Shown here piece after piece: positions 49,496 through 59,995 of a DNA stretch of 64,000 bases. The DNA comes from an uncultured Gammaproteobacteria bacterium (GTDB lineage Bacteria > Pseudomonadota > Gammaproteobacteria > JAURND01). The DNA is taken from NCBI GenBank assembly GCA_963714975.1, contig CAVQQD010000002.1, positions 640,001 through 704,000 on the forward strand, written 5' to 3'. The notes under the pieces were generated by a model. That model ran no database searches. It saw nothing but the letters and a program-made list of their open reading frames with translations, and had not been told where the DNA came from. Position 1 is the first letter of the stretch, and each line of letters starts with the position of its first letter. The position numbers and the translations under genes were made by a program.

Positions 49496-50118
49496 CCTGA
49501 ATACCGTGAAAACTTTAAACTAATCCAGATCGTCTGAAAGGTTGTAATGCCTGACAGCACTACTAAGGCAATTAATAAATATCCTGCCCATAGAGAATGA
49601 TAAAGGCTGCTGATCGGGATAAGCAGCATAAGCAGGTACATTTCACCTCGGTTTAAAATACGCCATATGATAGTTTCATCTGGATCGATTACAGCTTTGC
49701 GATGATTAGCATAGGCCACTTCAAACGATGGCATAATAGCAAAGAACATCGCAAGACAAATCCATTGTGATAATGGTAGCCATGATGTGGTGATAGGTAA
49801 CCAGAAGTAGCTAAAAAGCAGCATGAAATCAATAAATCGATCTAGACTCCCGTCTAAAAATGCTCCCCGGTAAGAAGCACAGTTTAAATGTCTAGCCAAA
49901 GCCCCATCCACTAAATCCAATATGCCAGCTAGCAGGAAAAAACTGCAGCCTAGCCATATCGCATGAGTAATGATGGCGATAAGACCAATTAAGGCAATGG
50001 GTACTGTGCTCCAAGTGTAGAAGTCTGGCGTGAAGGGCAGTTTTGAGAATATTTGGCCAATTTTGCGTGAAATGGCGGCCCAGGTTTTAGATTTCTCTTT
50101 TATCACGATATTATACAA
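49489..50118 (-). CDS. CDP-alcohol phosphatidyltransferase family protein
   Basis: DLVDGALAR..GAFLDGSLDRFID motif. Confidence 0.9.
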   Translation of the reverse strand: MYNIVIKEKSKTWAAISRKIGQIFSKLPFTPDFYTWSTVPIALIGLIAIITHAIWLGCSFFLLAGILDLVDGALARHLNCASYRGAFLDGSLDRFIDFMLLFSYFWLPITTSWLPLSQWICLAMFFAIMPSFEVAYANHRKAVIDPDETIIWRILNRGEMYLLMLLIPISSLYHSLWAGYLLIALVVLSGITTFQTIWISLKFSRYSGQ

Positions 50119-52235
50119 ATCCCTCTAGCACATTGAATGAATGCAGCTGTCCCCTGGGGAAGTTCAAATTTGTCGTGGTGATTCCTTTGAAAAACCAATG
50201 ATCCTCCACTGTTGATGGCGATGCCATCAAAGTAAATTGGGTCATTAACGGTGATATTTGCGCCATTCCCTCCGACAACGAGCTGCGGGGTATTGGGCCC
50301 AATGACGATAGAGTGGTCGATATATAAGCTTGTTAGTTCGTCTACTGCAAATCCCACGGCGTTATTCTCGAAGATCGAATTACCGACATAGATGCTGAAA
50401 TTATGCGAGGATAAATTATCTGCAATTAAACCGATGCCATTGTTGCTTACATTAGAATTAATGACCGTGAGTTTCGATCGGCCAGTATCATTCAAAGCTA
50501 AAATTCCCGAAGAAATATTATTGGTAATGCTGGAGTTGGTAATAGATAGCCAGGAATTACCTAGTAGATTAAGGTTACTGTAACCTAAACCAAAATTATT
50601 AATGCTGCTGCGGTCCATCACAAAGGTCATAGTACCGGTGGTATTGGTTAATGCCACTCCCGAGCCAATCCCCAGGCCAGATAACTGCGTGCGAAGCAAG
50701 CGAATATTCATATCACCCGAGGAAAGATTTTCTGCGTTAATACCATTCGAATTACCGAACAAAGATGAGTCTTGAATCGTCACATTCAGTTGCGAATCGT
50801 CAAAGAAATTTTGGTCCAGAATTCCTATGCCAAGGTTAAAATTAGTAATGAATGAATGGTCAATCAACACTTCGACATTATCATCGATAGGATTGCTAAT
50901 TAGTATGCCAGTGCTATCAACCAGAGGACCGGCACCTTCTAAGATTAAGTTGCTTAAGCGTGTCGTCCCTTCAGTGGGAACGATGAGGGCATTATTGATA
51001 CCACTCGTATTATTTTGAACTAGATTTAAAGCAGAAAATTGATTATTCCCAAATAAATAGGCGCCATCATTGGCAAAGAAAATAACGGGTAAATTATTGT
51101 CAATGATAGTGGCAGGTTTTTTGTAGCTGTAGTCACGTCCGCTAACATTGTCGTAGGTAAAAAATAGAGCGGGTAATCCATTGCTAGGATCACCATAAAT
51201 TCCAGATTGAATAAAGAAATTACGGTTATTTAAATCATTCGCATTGTCAATATTAGTTTGATTTAAGGCGCAGCGATTTTCATAGGTGCAGTTGCCGTCT
51301 GCAACACCATTGGGCGAGAAAAAGGAAATATTAGAGAGCAATACTCCTTCTTTATCAGTTAGTTTTTTACTTTTTTCGATAGGTTGTGCCGTGGGTGAAT
51401 TACCGGCAATAGACACAAGATTACGTTGAATAGGGTCGACTAGCCGCTGGGTTAAATCGTGGGGCTTGTAGGAATAGTGGCTATTGCGGCCACCTAAGTA
51501 AAGCGTCACTCCACCCTTAAAAACATTATGCGCTTCGGAATCGTAGGTTTCACTGAGGTCAACACTGAGGTAAGAGGTGAGTGGGATGCGCAGCCTGGCA
51601 GATGCTCCAGTAAACGAATCGGCATCTTTAGGACTAAAGTGGTAGCCGCCTAGATAGAGTTCCGGATTATTTTTTAACGGGAGTCGAAACCCCACTTGAG
51701 CATCGCCACCAAATCCTACTGAATTAAAAGTATCTACGAGGCGGTCGTAGGCTTCATGATTAGTAAATCTCAGATATTTATATTCGTCTGTAGATTCAGC
51801 AAAACAAGTACCGGTGGTTGCTCGCCTCGGCCCGACTGGCACATAAAGATTTGCGCTGAAATCGATCCTATCGCCTAGTCGTTCGATTCCGGGGCTAATA
51901 AACCAAAAACCGTGAGTATCGCTGCGGTGATTGTAATCAGCAAAGACATACGCGCCCAGGATACCTGCTTGGGAGTGAAGTTGGCGAAAACCCAATCCTA
52001 GGCTGCCAGTATAATCTTGAGAATTGTGATATTGGGTTTGTGGATCCAGAAAAATAAAGCGATTGGTTTGGCCAAAAACAGGAGCTAGTATATCACCATA
52101 CCCGGTAGTGCCACTGCCGGTAAAACCACTGATGGAAACGCCTGGTGTGAGCGGAAAAGGAGTGTTATCAGAAGCAAATCCATTATGAGCTAGAAGGCAG
52201 CTACTTAACACCAGCAATTTTACCGATGACCTCAT
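50103..52235 (-). CDS. Inverse-autotransporter-like beta-barrel protein with an Asn-rich beta-helix passenger
   Basis: Signal peptide; SLGLGFRQ..ILGAYVFADY..GIERLG..FSANLYVPVG barrel motifs; repeated I.NS.I.NN..GI strands. Confidence 0.7.
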   Translation of the reverse strand: MRSSVKLLVLSSCLLAHNGFASDNTPFPLTPGVSISGFTGSGTTGYGDILAPVFGQTNRFIFLDPQTQYHNSQDYTGSLGLGFRQLHSQAGILGAYVFADYNHRSDTHGFWFISPGIERLGDRIDFSANLYVPVGPRRATTGTCFAESTDEYKYLRFTNHEAYDRLVDTFNSVGFGGDAQVGFRLPLKNNPELYLGGYHFSPKDADSFTGASARLRIPLTSYLSVDLSETYDSEAHNVFKGGVTLYLGGRNSHYSYKPHDLTQRLVDPIQRNLVSIAGNSPTAQPIEKSKKLTDKEGVLLSNISFFSPNGVADGNCTYENRCALNQTNIDNANDLNNRNFFIQSGIYGDPSNGLPALFFTYDNVSGRDYSYKKPATIIDNNLPVIFFANDGAYLFGNNQFSALNLVQNNTSGINNALIVPTEGTTRLSNLILEGAGPLVDSTGILISNPIDDNVEVLIDHSFITNFNLGIGILDQNFFDDSQLNVTIQDSSLFGNSNGINAENLSSGDMNIRLLRTQLSGLGIGSGVALTNTTGTMTFVMDRSSINNFGLGYSNLNLLGNSWLSITNSSITNNISSGILALNDTGRSKLTVINSNVSNNGIGLIADNLSSHNFSIYVGNSIFENNAVGFAVDELTSLYIDHSIVIGPNTPQLVVGGNGANITVNDPIYFDGIAINSGGSLVFQRNHHDKFELPQGTAAFIQCARGICIIS

Positions 52236-52263
52236 CAGAACGACTCCTTAAGAAATTCTTAAC

Positions 52264-52292
52264 CTTATATCGAAAGCCTAAAGCGAGGTCAA
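52264..52292 (-). promoter_or_regulatory. Putative sigma70 promoter TTGACC-N17-TATAAG
   Basis: Consensus-like boxes with 17-nt spacing just upstream of the gene starting at 52235. Confidence 0.55.
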
Positions 52293-52850
52293 GTATTTTT
52301 CGAGGAACCCCATCCCGGCCAGCGCGCGCTGGGCTCTGTGCCACCCCCTCCTGGCCCCTTTCTTCCTGACTCAGCAGGGGGGAGTGCGTTTGCTGATTAC
52401 TGTCGCTTCTGATGGATATTTTCTGTATTATGTATAGCTCTTACAGTCGTTCCAAGGTGTAACTATGTCAGGCAAATTAAAAATAATGGGAGCTGGTGTT
52501 GCGGGAGCTGGGGTCTATACGATAACAGAGCTTGGATTTTTTGCTAAAAACCACCCGCCAGTTAAGGGTTTGGACTGCTGGGCAGTCGTTTATGCCTTGT
52601 TATTATAGTTATGGATGACCTAAAATAACGAAGTGTTTTTCATATTTCTTGCTTATTATTGTCGCTTTTTAGAGATATTTCCTATATTATGTGTAATATT
52701 TTCTATGCTAGGGGGGCTTACTGCCGACTATCCCTCTGCTAGTGACGAGGTGACGGGTGGAGGCACCCATTATCCGGCCTACGGCCACCTTCTCCCACAA
52801 GGGGAGAAGGAGTAAGGTCGCAAGTGTATGAGAGGGGAGAGGGTTTTTTT

Positions 52851-53032
52851 AACCTAGATTCGGCAGTAGAAACCGTAGCGAGAGGGATTAAGACGTTGAA
52901 GATCTTGATTATTTTTAAATTTTTTTCTTGAAGGCGTACTCACCCGTACGGTGAAAGAAAAAAATATAAAAATAAGCGAGAGATTCAATGTATTAAGCCC
53001 TCACAGTAGGTTTCTACTGCCGAATCTAGGTT
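52851..53032. mobile_element. 182-bp MITE-like element with perfect 24-bp terminal inverted repeats
   Basis: AACCTAGATTCGGCAGTAGAAACC / GGTTTCTACTGCCGAATCTAGGTT; interior largely self-complementary. Confidence 0.8.
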
Positions 53033-53051
53033 TAACAGTGTGGAGAAGGTA

Positions 53052-54761
53052 ATGACACAACTAACAGGCGCTCAAGCGATTATGCAATCTTTACTCGGTG
53101 AAGGCGTCGACATTTTATTTGGTTATCCTGGAGGGGCGATTATGCCAACCTACGATGCCTTATATGATGTTCAGTCGCAATTGCGGCATATACTGGTCCG
53201 ACACGAACAAGGCGCCGTTCATGCGGCTGAGGGTTATGCCAGAGCCTGTGGTAAACCTGGGGTTTGCTTGGTCACTTCAGGCCCAGGGGCCACTAATCTT
53301 ATTACCGGCATTGCTGATGCCATGCTAGATTCTGTCCCCGTGGTATGTATTACTGGCCAAGTGAGCAGTGTTTATTTAGGAACCGATGCCTTTCAAGAAG
53401 CCGATATTATTGGAATTTCCCTTCCTGTCACCAAGTGGAATTATCAAATTACCTGCGCTGACGAAATCCCAGTGGCAATTGCGAAAGCATTTTATATTGC
53501 CCGCTCGGGTCGCCCGGGCCCGGTTTTACTCGATATGACCAAAGATGCCCAATTAGGTTTGCTGGATTTTGCTTATAAACCCTATGTAAGCCCGAAAAAA
53601 ACCCTTGACGCTACCACGAATGCTAGTCAGTGGCAGGAAAAAATAACTCATGCGATGCAATTAATTAATCAGGCAACTAAGCCATTATTATTGGTAGGGC
53701 ATGGGGTGTTATTATCTGGAGCCATGGAGGAATTAACGCAATTTGCCGAAAAAGCCAATATTCCAGTGGCTTGTACCTTGTTAGGCTTATCAGCATTTCC
53801 TACAGATCATCCTTTATACGTTGGCATGTTAGGTATGCATGGAAATTATGGTCCTAATTTATTGACTAATCAGGCCGATGTTATTATTGCAGTGGGGATG
53901 CGCTTTGATGACCGAGTGACTGGAAATTTAAATTCTTATGCCAAACAAGCTAAAATCATTCATATTGATATTGACCCGGCTGAAATTAATAAAAATGTTT
54001 CGGTCGATGTTGCCTTGTTAGCGGATGCCAAGCAGGCATTGCAAGCACTACTGCATCATGTCGACGCAACTCGTTGTCCACAACAACATGAACGGTGGAT
54101 TGGTGAGTTTAAATCTTGTTATGATCAAGAATATCAGCAGGTCATTACCCATGAAATTTCCCCCAAAGGGCCGCAAATTAAGATGGCCGCTGTGATCCAT
54201 GAATTGGCGAGAAAAACTAAGGGTGAATCTGTGCTCGTGACCGATGTTGGGCAGCATCAAATGATAGCGGCACGTTATTATCAGTTTAGAAGGACTAATG
54301 CGCATATCACTTCAGGGGGTTTAGGCACGATGGGATTTGCTTTGCCCGCAGCAATTGGGGCTAAATTGGCAAATATGTCCCAGCAGGTCATTGCAATCAT
54401 CGGGGATGGTGGTTTCCAAATGAATATCCAAGAGTTAGGCGTGATTGCTCAGGAAAGCCTGCCGGTAAAGATAATTATATTAAACAACAATCACTTGGGC
54501 ATGGTTCGACAGTGGCAGGAGTTATTTTTTGAACAACGCTATTCCTTTGTGCACTTAAAAAATCCTGATTTCATTAAAATTACTGAGGGATATGGCATTG
54601 AAGCGCATCGTATCTCTGATATTACTGATTTATCGGCAGGTTTAGATCGATTATTAGCGGCTGAAGGCCCTTATTTATTGGAAGTTGTCGTCGAAAAAGA
54701 GGAAAATATGTTCCCCATGATTCCAGCGGGAACCGGGGTAGGTGAAATTCGTTTATCATAG
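53052..54761 (+). CDS. ilvB: Acetolactate synthase large subunit
   Basis: FGYPGGAIMP, RHEQGA, TSGPGATN, GDGGFQMN..NNNHLGMVRQWQ. Confidence 0.95.
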   Translation: MTQLTGAQAIMQSLLGEGVDILFGYPGGAIMPTYDALYDVQSQLRHILVRHEQGAVHAAEGYARACGKPGVCLVTSGPGATNLITGIADAMLDSVPVVCITGQVSSVYLGTDAFQEADIIGISLPVTKWNYQITCADEIPVAIAKAFYIARSGRPGPVLLDMTKDAQLGLLDFAYKPYVSPKKTLDATTNASQWQEKITHAMQLINQATKPLLLVGHGVLLSGAMEELTQFAEKANIPVACTLLGLSAFPTDHPLYVGMLGMHGNYGPNLLTNQADVIIAVGMRFDDRVTGNLNSYAKQAKIIHIDIDPAEINKNVSVDVALLADAKQALQALLHHVDATRCPQQHERWIGEFKSCYDQEYQQVITHEISPKGPQIKMAAVIHELARKTKGESVLVTDVGQHQMIAARYYQFRRTNAHITSGGLGTMGFALPAAIGAKLANMSQQVIAIIGDGGFQMNIQELGVIAQESLPVKIIILNNNHLGMVRQWQELFFEQRYSFVHLKNPDFIKITEGYGIEAHRISDITDLSAGLDRLLAAEGPYLLEVVVEKEENMFPMIPAGTGVGEIRLS

Positions 54762-54769
54762 GAACTTTT

Positions 54770-55027
54770 ATGCAATATATTTATGCCATTTCAATCATCA
54801 CTGAGAATGCCTTGCGCGTTTTGCAGCGTATGGCCGGCATTTTTGCCCGTCATCGGGTCAATATTGAACAAATGCATGTTTTTGAAACCAGCAATAAAGG
54901 GATCTCATATTTCAATGTGGTCATCCACAGTGATGATAAAACGACAACTAGAGTCATTATGCAATTACAAAGAATTTTTGAATTCGTCGAGGTCAAAATT
55001 AATAGTAAAATTGCTATTAAGCAATAA
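54770..55027 (+). CDS. ilvN: Acetolactate synthase small (ACT) subunit
   Basis: TENALRVLQRMAGIFARHRVNIE ACT pattern; position after ilvB. Confidence 0.8.
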   Translation: MQYIYAISIITENALRVLQRMAGIFARHRVNIEQMHVFETSNKGISYFNVVIHSDDKTTTRVIMQLQRIFEFVEVKINSKIAIKQ

Positions 55028-55170
55028 ACCATGGGCTTAATAAGCCCATGGGCAAAGCAATGGGGGTTAACCAAGGGGGAGAGAAGCAGTTCTCCCCCTT
55101 GGGCAAGCCCTTGGATTCATTCCAAGGACGCAGTGTAAACAATCAATCAATGAGTAAGGAGAAAAACTTC

Positions 55171-56220
55171 ATGCCTAATATCAAATTTGGTAGTGACTAT
55201 GAAAATGTGGTAACCCGTGACGAATTTCCATTAAATCGAGCTCTGGAAGTTCTCAAAGATCAAGTGATTGCGATTATAGGTTATGGGGTGCAAGGGCCTG
55301 CGCAAGCACTGAATTTAAAAGACAATGGCTTTAAGGTGATTATTGGGCAAAGACAAGATTCAGCGTCTTGGGATAAGGCAGTGAGCGATGGTTGGGTTCC
55401 TGATAAAGATTTATTTTCCATTGAAAAGGCCTGTGAAAAAGCCACTTTTATTTGCTACTTACTCTCTGATGCGGCACAAATCCAGTGGTGGTCAGAGGTC
55501 AAAAAATATTTAACTGCTGGTAAGACCCTATATTTTTCTCATGGATTTGGAGTGACCTATAGCGATAAAACCGGAATTGTCCCCCCCAAAGACATTGATG
55601 TAATTTTAGTTGCTCCTAAAGGGGCAGGTCGTAGTGTCCGTAAATTATTTTTAGCCGGGCAAGGTATTAATTCCAGCTATGCGGTATATCAGGATAATTC
55701 GGGCAATGCCAGAGAAAAAGCCTTGGCTTTTGGTATTGGCATTGGTTCGGGTTATTTATTTGAAACTACCTTTAAGAGGGAAGTATATAGTGATTTAACT
55801 GGGGAGCGCGGTACTCTGATGGGCGCTTTAGCTGGGATAATTAAGGCTCAGTACAAAGTCTTACGCAAACATGGGCATACCCCGAGTGAGGCATTTAATG
55901 AAACGGTTGAAGAACTCACCCAAAGTTTAGGACCTTTATTAGCAGAAAGCGGTATGGATTGGTTATATAGAAATTGTTCTACCACTGCCCAGCGTGGGGC
56001 ACTCGATTGGCTGCCTCGTTTTGAAGCTGCCGTCACTCCAGTTTTCGAGTCATTGTATGAAAGCGTAGAAAATGGCACAGAAGCAGAGGTTGTCATTAAG
56101 GCGAATAGCCAACCGGATTATAAGGAAAAGCTAAATCAAGAATTGGAAGTGATGGCTAATGAAGAGCTATGGCAGGCAGGTCGAGAAGTCAGAAAATTGC
56201 GTCCAGTAACTAAAACGTAA
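55171..56220 (+). CDS. ilvC: Ketol-acid reductoisomerase
   Basis: IIGYGVQGPAQALNLKDNG, SDLTGERGTLMG, CSTTAQRGALDW; AAGGAG RBS. Confidence 0.95.
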   Translation: MPNIKFGSDYENVVTRDEFPLNRALEVLKDQVIAIIGYGVQGPAQALNLKDNGFKVIIGQRQDSASWDKAVSDGWVPDKDLFSIEKACEKATFICYLLSDAAQIQWWSEVKKYLTAGKTLYFSHGFGVTYSDKTGIVPPKDIDVILVAPKGAGRSVRKLFLAGQGINSSYAVYQDNSGNAREKALAFGIGIGSGYLFETTFKREVYSDLTGERGTLMGALAGIIKAQYKVLRKHGHTPSEAFNETVEELTQSLGPLLAESGMDWLYRNCSTTAQRGALDWLPRFEAAVTPVFESLYESVENGTEAEVVIKANSQPDYKEKLNQELEVMANEELWQAGREVRKLRPVTKT

Positions 56221-56390
56221 TTACTCACGCCGTCGTCCTGGCATGGATGCGTAACGTCGTCCCTGCAGGATGCAGAGATCCAGTTCATCAGGATGTGAAA
56301 GATTCGCCTCCTGCGCCGTGGATCCCGGCATTCATGCCGGGACGACGTTACGCCTCCTGCAGAGACGACGTGCTTAAAATGGCGATGATT

Positions 56391-58178
56391 ATGTACCAAC
56401 TTATTGATTTTATAACTAAAAAACCAGTTCAAGCTCGAGGTTTTGTATTTACTGGAGAACAATCTCCATGGGAAGTTTCCATGGAGATGAAAGCCGTCGC
56501 GGTCAAAATAAATTTGGATTATTTTAAAACTTCTCCTCCCGGGCTTTCTAAGTATTTGCCCCTGATGCCCATTAAAGCCATAGCAAAATTTATCTCGTTA
56601 AATGAAGCCGCTACTCCTCTCATTAAAAGTAAAGTTTTAGGAGCGAAATTAAACCTAGATTTGTATTTTAAAGTAGAAGGGAAAAATCCCACCGGTTCTT
56701 TTAAAGATCGTGGTTCTGCAGTGGATATTTCCATTGCTCGTGAGTTAGGAGCGGAGGGCATTGTCCTTGCTTCGACGGGTAATATGGCAGCTTCCTGTGC
56801 TTGTTATGCCGCAGCGGCAAAAATGCCGTGTTTTATCTTAATCCCTGAAGGAGTGCCGGTAGGTAAGTTGGCGCAAGTGCTTGCTTTTGGTGGCCATGTA
56901 ATTCAGGTGAAGGGCAATTACAACGATGCGGCTCAGTTAGCGCAGAGGATCGCCGAAGAAATGGGGTTTTATTTAGCGGGCGATTATGCTTATCGAGTGG
57001 AAGGTCAAAAAACTGCCGCTTTTGAAGTCATTGATCAACTATTTTTTCAGGTACCCGATTGGGTGGTGGTGCCCATGGGTTGTGGCACTAATATTACCGC
57101 CTATGCTAAGGGGTTTAAAGATTACAAAGATTTGGGCTTAATAGAAAAACAGCCCCGATTACTGGGGATTCAGGCCGAAGGGGCGGCAGCCATTGTGCAG
57201 AGTTTTCAGGCGGGGAGAACCACCATTGAAGCGTTTTCAAGCGCTAACACTTTGGCGTCTGCCATTGCTGTGCCCAATCCTCTAGATGGAATTAAAGCTT
57301 TGGATGCGATTTATTCTTCGGAAGGCTCAGCAATGTCGGTGACTGATCAAGAAATATTGGAGGCACAATATTTGCTTTCTACCGAAGAAGGCTTGTTTGT
57401 AGAAAGCGCTTCTGCTACTACAGTGGCTGCTTTACTAAAGGCCGCAAGAAATGGCCAGGGAATTGAAGGGCGGGTGGTGTGTGTGTTAACCGGTGATGGT
57501 TTGAAAGATGCCAATGTAATCCTGCGAGCTGCGGTTAAACCGGTGACCATTTATCCAGAGATAGATGAATTTTTACTGCTCTACAAAAATAACTTTTTTA
57601 ATAATAAAAATATGATTTTTGTTGAGAAGAACCAGGTTCTTTTTGCTGCTGACCCCAGCTTAGAGCAAATTGAAGAGCAAACAATGTCTTTGCTCGGCGC
57701 GCATTATTCGCAAGAGTATTTGCTGAAGATTAAGGATATTTTGAGCAAAATTTTGCAGAAAGGAAAGAAAATCACTGTATCGGATTTCCAAGACAGTGTC
57801 CAAGATGCTTTGGGCACTCCCCACGTTTCAGGCACCGCAGTATTTTCAGTCATTGATTTTATGGTCACCACTGGGAAAGATCGGATGCCCAAGGCAACAG
57901 TCACGGTTAAAATCGGTGGACAAGAAAAAACTGCTGCCTCTGAGGGTGTTGGCCCTGTGGATGCTGTGATTAAGTCATTGATCCAAGCTTGTGGAGAAAA
58001 GATTGACTTTACCTTGACTGATTATAAGGTGGAAATTCGTAGTCAAGGGGTTGATGCAGTTGTTTATGTCGAATTGAAATTGATGAAAGGAAACAATTTT
58101 TCTTTGGGACGAGGGGTGTCACCTGATATTATCCAAGCTTCGATTGAGGCTTTTGAAGCAGCTTATAATGGCTTTTAA
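56391..58178 (+). CDS. Threonine-synthase-like PLP enzyme fused to a LeuA/CimA-type C-terminal allosteric domain
   Basis: NPTGSFKDRG, ASTGN, EGQKT, PMGCGTN, LTGDGLKD; tail ATVTVKI..EGVGPVDA..LTDYKV..GRGVSPDIIQASIEAF; start between 56379 and 56391. Confidence 0.85.
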   Translation: MYQLIDFITKKPVQARGFVFTGEQSPWEVSMEMKAVAVKINLDYFKTSPPGLSKYLPLMPIKAIAKFISLNEAATPLIKSKVLGAKLNLDLYFKVEGKNPTGSFKDRGSAVDISIARELGAEGIVLASTGNMAASCACYAAAAKMPCFILIPEGVPVGKLAQVLAFGGHVIQVKGNYNDAAQLAQRIAEEMGFYLAGDYAYRVEGQKTAAFEVIDQLFFQVPDWVVVPMGCGTNITAYAKGFKDYKDLGLIEKQPRLLGIQAEGAAAIVQSFQAGRTTIEAFSSANTLASAIAVPNPLDGIKALDAIYSSEGSAMSVTDQEILEAQYLLSTEEGLFVESASATTVAALLKAARNGQGIEGRVVCVLTGDGLKDANVILRAAVKPVTIYPEIDEFLLLYKNNFFNNKNMIFVEKNQVLFAADPSLEQIEEQTMSLLGAHYSQEYLLKIKDILSKILQKGKKITVSDFQDSVQDALGTPHVSGTAVFSVIDFMVTTGKDRMPKATVTVKIGGQEKTAASEGVGPVDAVIKSLIQACGEKIDFTLTDYKVEIRSQGVDAVVYVELKLMKGNNFSLGRGVSPDIIQASIEAFEAAYNGF

Positions 58179-58315
58179 AATTCCTTTTCCCCTTGTGGGA
58201 GAAGGTGCCGAAGGGCGGATGAGGGGGTAAATGGCCCCCTCTCCCTAACCCTCTCCCACCTTCCCTCGCAAGCTCGGGTGGGGGAGAGGGGAAGTGTTCA
58301 TTTAGAGGATTTACC

Positions 58316-59995
58316 ATGTCACAACTTAATAAATACAGCGCCAAACTAACTCAGACACCTTCGCAAGGGGCTTCACAGGCAATGCTATATGCGACTGGTC
58401 TCACTGAGGATGATTTACGCAAAGCGCAAGTAGGTATTGCGAGCATGTGGTATGAAGGCAATCCCTGCAATATGCATCTGTTAGATTTGGCTCAACAGGT
58501 CAAGGTAGGGGTGAGGGAAGCTGATCTGGTGGGGATGCGATTTAATACCATTGGCGTCAGTGATGGTATTTCCATGGGAACAGAAGGGATGCGTTATTCT
58601 TTGCCATCACGCGATTTAATTGCCGATTCCATTGAGACCGCCATGGGGGCGCATTGGTACGATGCGCTGATCGCCATCCCAGGTTGTGATAAAAATATGC
58701 CAGGCTGCGTGATAGCGATGGCGCGTTTAAACCGTCCTAGCTTAATGATTTATGGTGGTACTATCAGAGCTGGGCACATTGACCATAACACCATCGATGT
58801 GGTGACCGCATTTCAATGTTATGGTGAATTTCTTAGTGGCAAAATAGACGATCAGCAGCGCCGGGCTATTATAAAACATGCCTGCCCAGGGGCAGGGGCT
58901 TGTGGTGGGATGTTTACTGCCAATACTATGGCCTGTGCTATTGAGGCTTTGGGTATGAGCTTACCCTATAGTTCTTCTACCCCCGCAACCGATCCAGGGA
59001 AACTGCAAGAGTGTTTGCGCGCAGGTCAGGCTATCCGATATTTACTGGAAAAAGACCTTAAGCCCAAAGATATTATGACGCGGCGCGCCTTTGAAAATGC
59101 CATGGTTTTGATTGTCATATTAGGGGGATCTACCAATGGAATCCTACATTTACTGGCGATGGCACATGCCGCAGGAGTTCCTCTGGAATTGAGTGATTTT
59201 CAAAAAGTCAGTGATCGAACCCCGTTATTAGCTGATTTTAGGCCCAGCGGAAAATTTCTCATGGAGGATTTACAACGTTATGGTGGGACGCCAGCCGTGT
59301 TAAAAATGCTATTAAAGGCGGGTCGCATCGATGGGGATTGTTTAACGGTAACCGGAAAAACTTTGGCAGAAAATCTTGCTAATGTGCCAGATTTAGCCGT
59401 GGATCAACCTATTGTTCATTCTTTTGCGAATCCATTAAAGCCGACCGGGCATTTACAAATATTAAAGGGCAATCTGGCTCCTGATGGTTCTGTGGCTAAG
59501 ATTACCGGCAAAGAGGGTTTGTATTTTAGTGGTCCTGCTCGGGTATTTGACTCAGAGCAGGCTATGGTTGAAGCATTTGAACAACAGAAAATTGCCAAGG
59601 GCGATGTGATTGTAATTCGTTATGCTGGACCCAAGGGCGGTCCAGGGATGCCGGAGATGCTAAAGCCCACTTCGATGTTGATGGGAGCTGGCTGGGGAAA
59701 AGATGTCGCATTGATTACCGATGGGCGCTTTTCAGGCGGGTCACATGGCTTTATCGTGGGTCATATTTCTCCCGAAGCCCAAGTCGGGGGTCCGATTGCT
59801 TTAATTAAGGATGGGGATCGTATTACTATTGATGTAGAGCAAAATTCTATCCAAGTGGAGTTAACGCCTGAGGAATTGGCGGAACGTTATAAATTATGGA
59901 AAATGCCTCCTTTCAAGGTAAACCAAGGCCAATTATTTAAGTACATTAAAAATGTCTCATCGGCTAGTTTAGGATGTATTACAGATGGACAGTAG
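58316..59995 (+). CDS. ilvD: Dihydroxy-acid dehydratase
   Basis: [35 protein letters not shown]. Confidence 0.96.
   Translation: MSQLNKYSAKLTQTPSQGASQAMLYATGLTEDDLRKAQVGIASMWYEGNPCNMHLLDLAQQVKVGVREADLVGMRFNTIGVSDGISMGTEGMRYSLPSRDLIADSIETAMGAHWYDALIAIPGCDKNMPGCVIAMARLNRPSLMIYGGTIRAGHIDHNTIDVVTAFQCYGEFLSGKIDDQQRRAIIKHACPGAGACGGMFTANTMACAIEALGMSLPYSSSTPATDPGKLQECLRAGQAIRYLLEKDLKPKDIMTRRAFENAMVLIVILGGSTNGILHLLAMAHAAGVPLELSDFQKVSDRTPLLADFRPSGKFLMEDLQRYGGTPAVLKMLLKAGRIDGDCLTVTGKTLAENLANVPDLAVDQPIVHSFANPLKPTGHLQILKGNLAPDGSVAKITGKEGLYFSGPARVFDSEQAMVEAFEQQKIAKGDVIVIRYAGPKGGPGMPEMLKPTSMLMGAGWGKDVALITDGRFSGGSHGFIVGHISPEAQVGGPIALIKDGDRITIDVEQNSIQVELTPEELAERYKLWKMPPFKVNQGQLFKYIKNVSSASLGCITDGQ

Noticed and set aside
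52465-52608. ilv attenuator leader peptide
   Set aside because: Too long, too far from ilvB, no clustered Ile/Leu/Val control codons and no adjacent terminator
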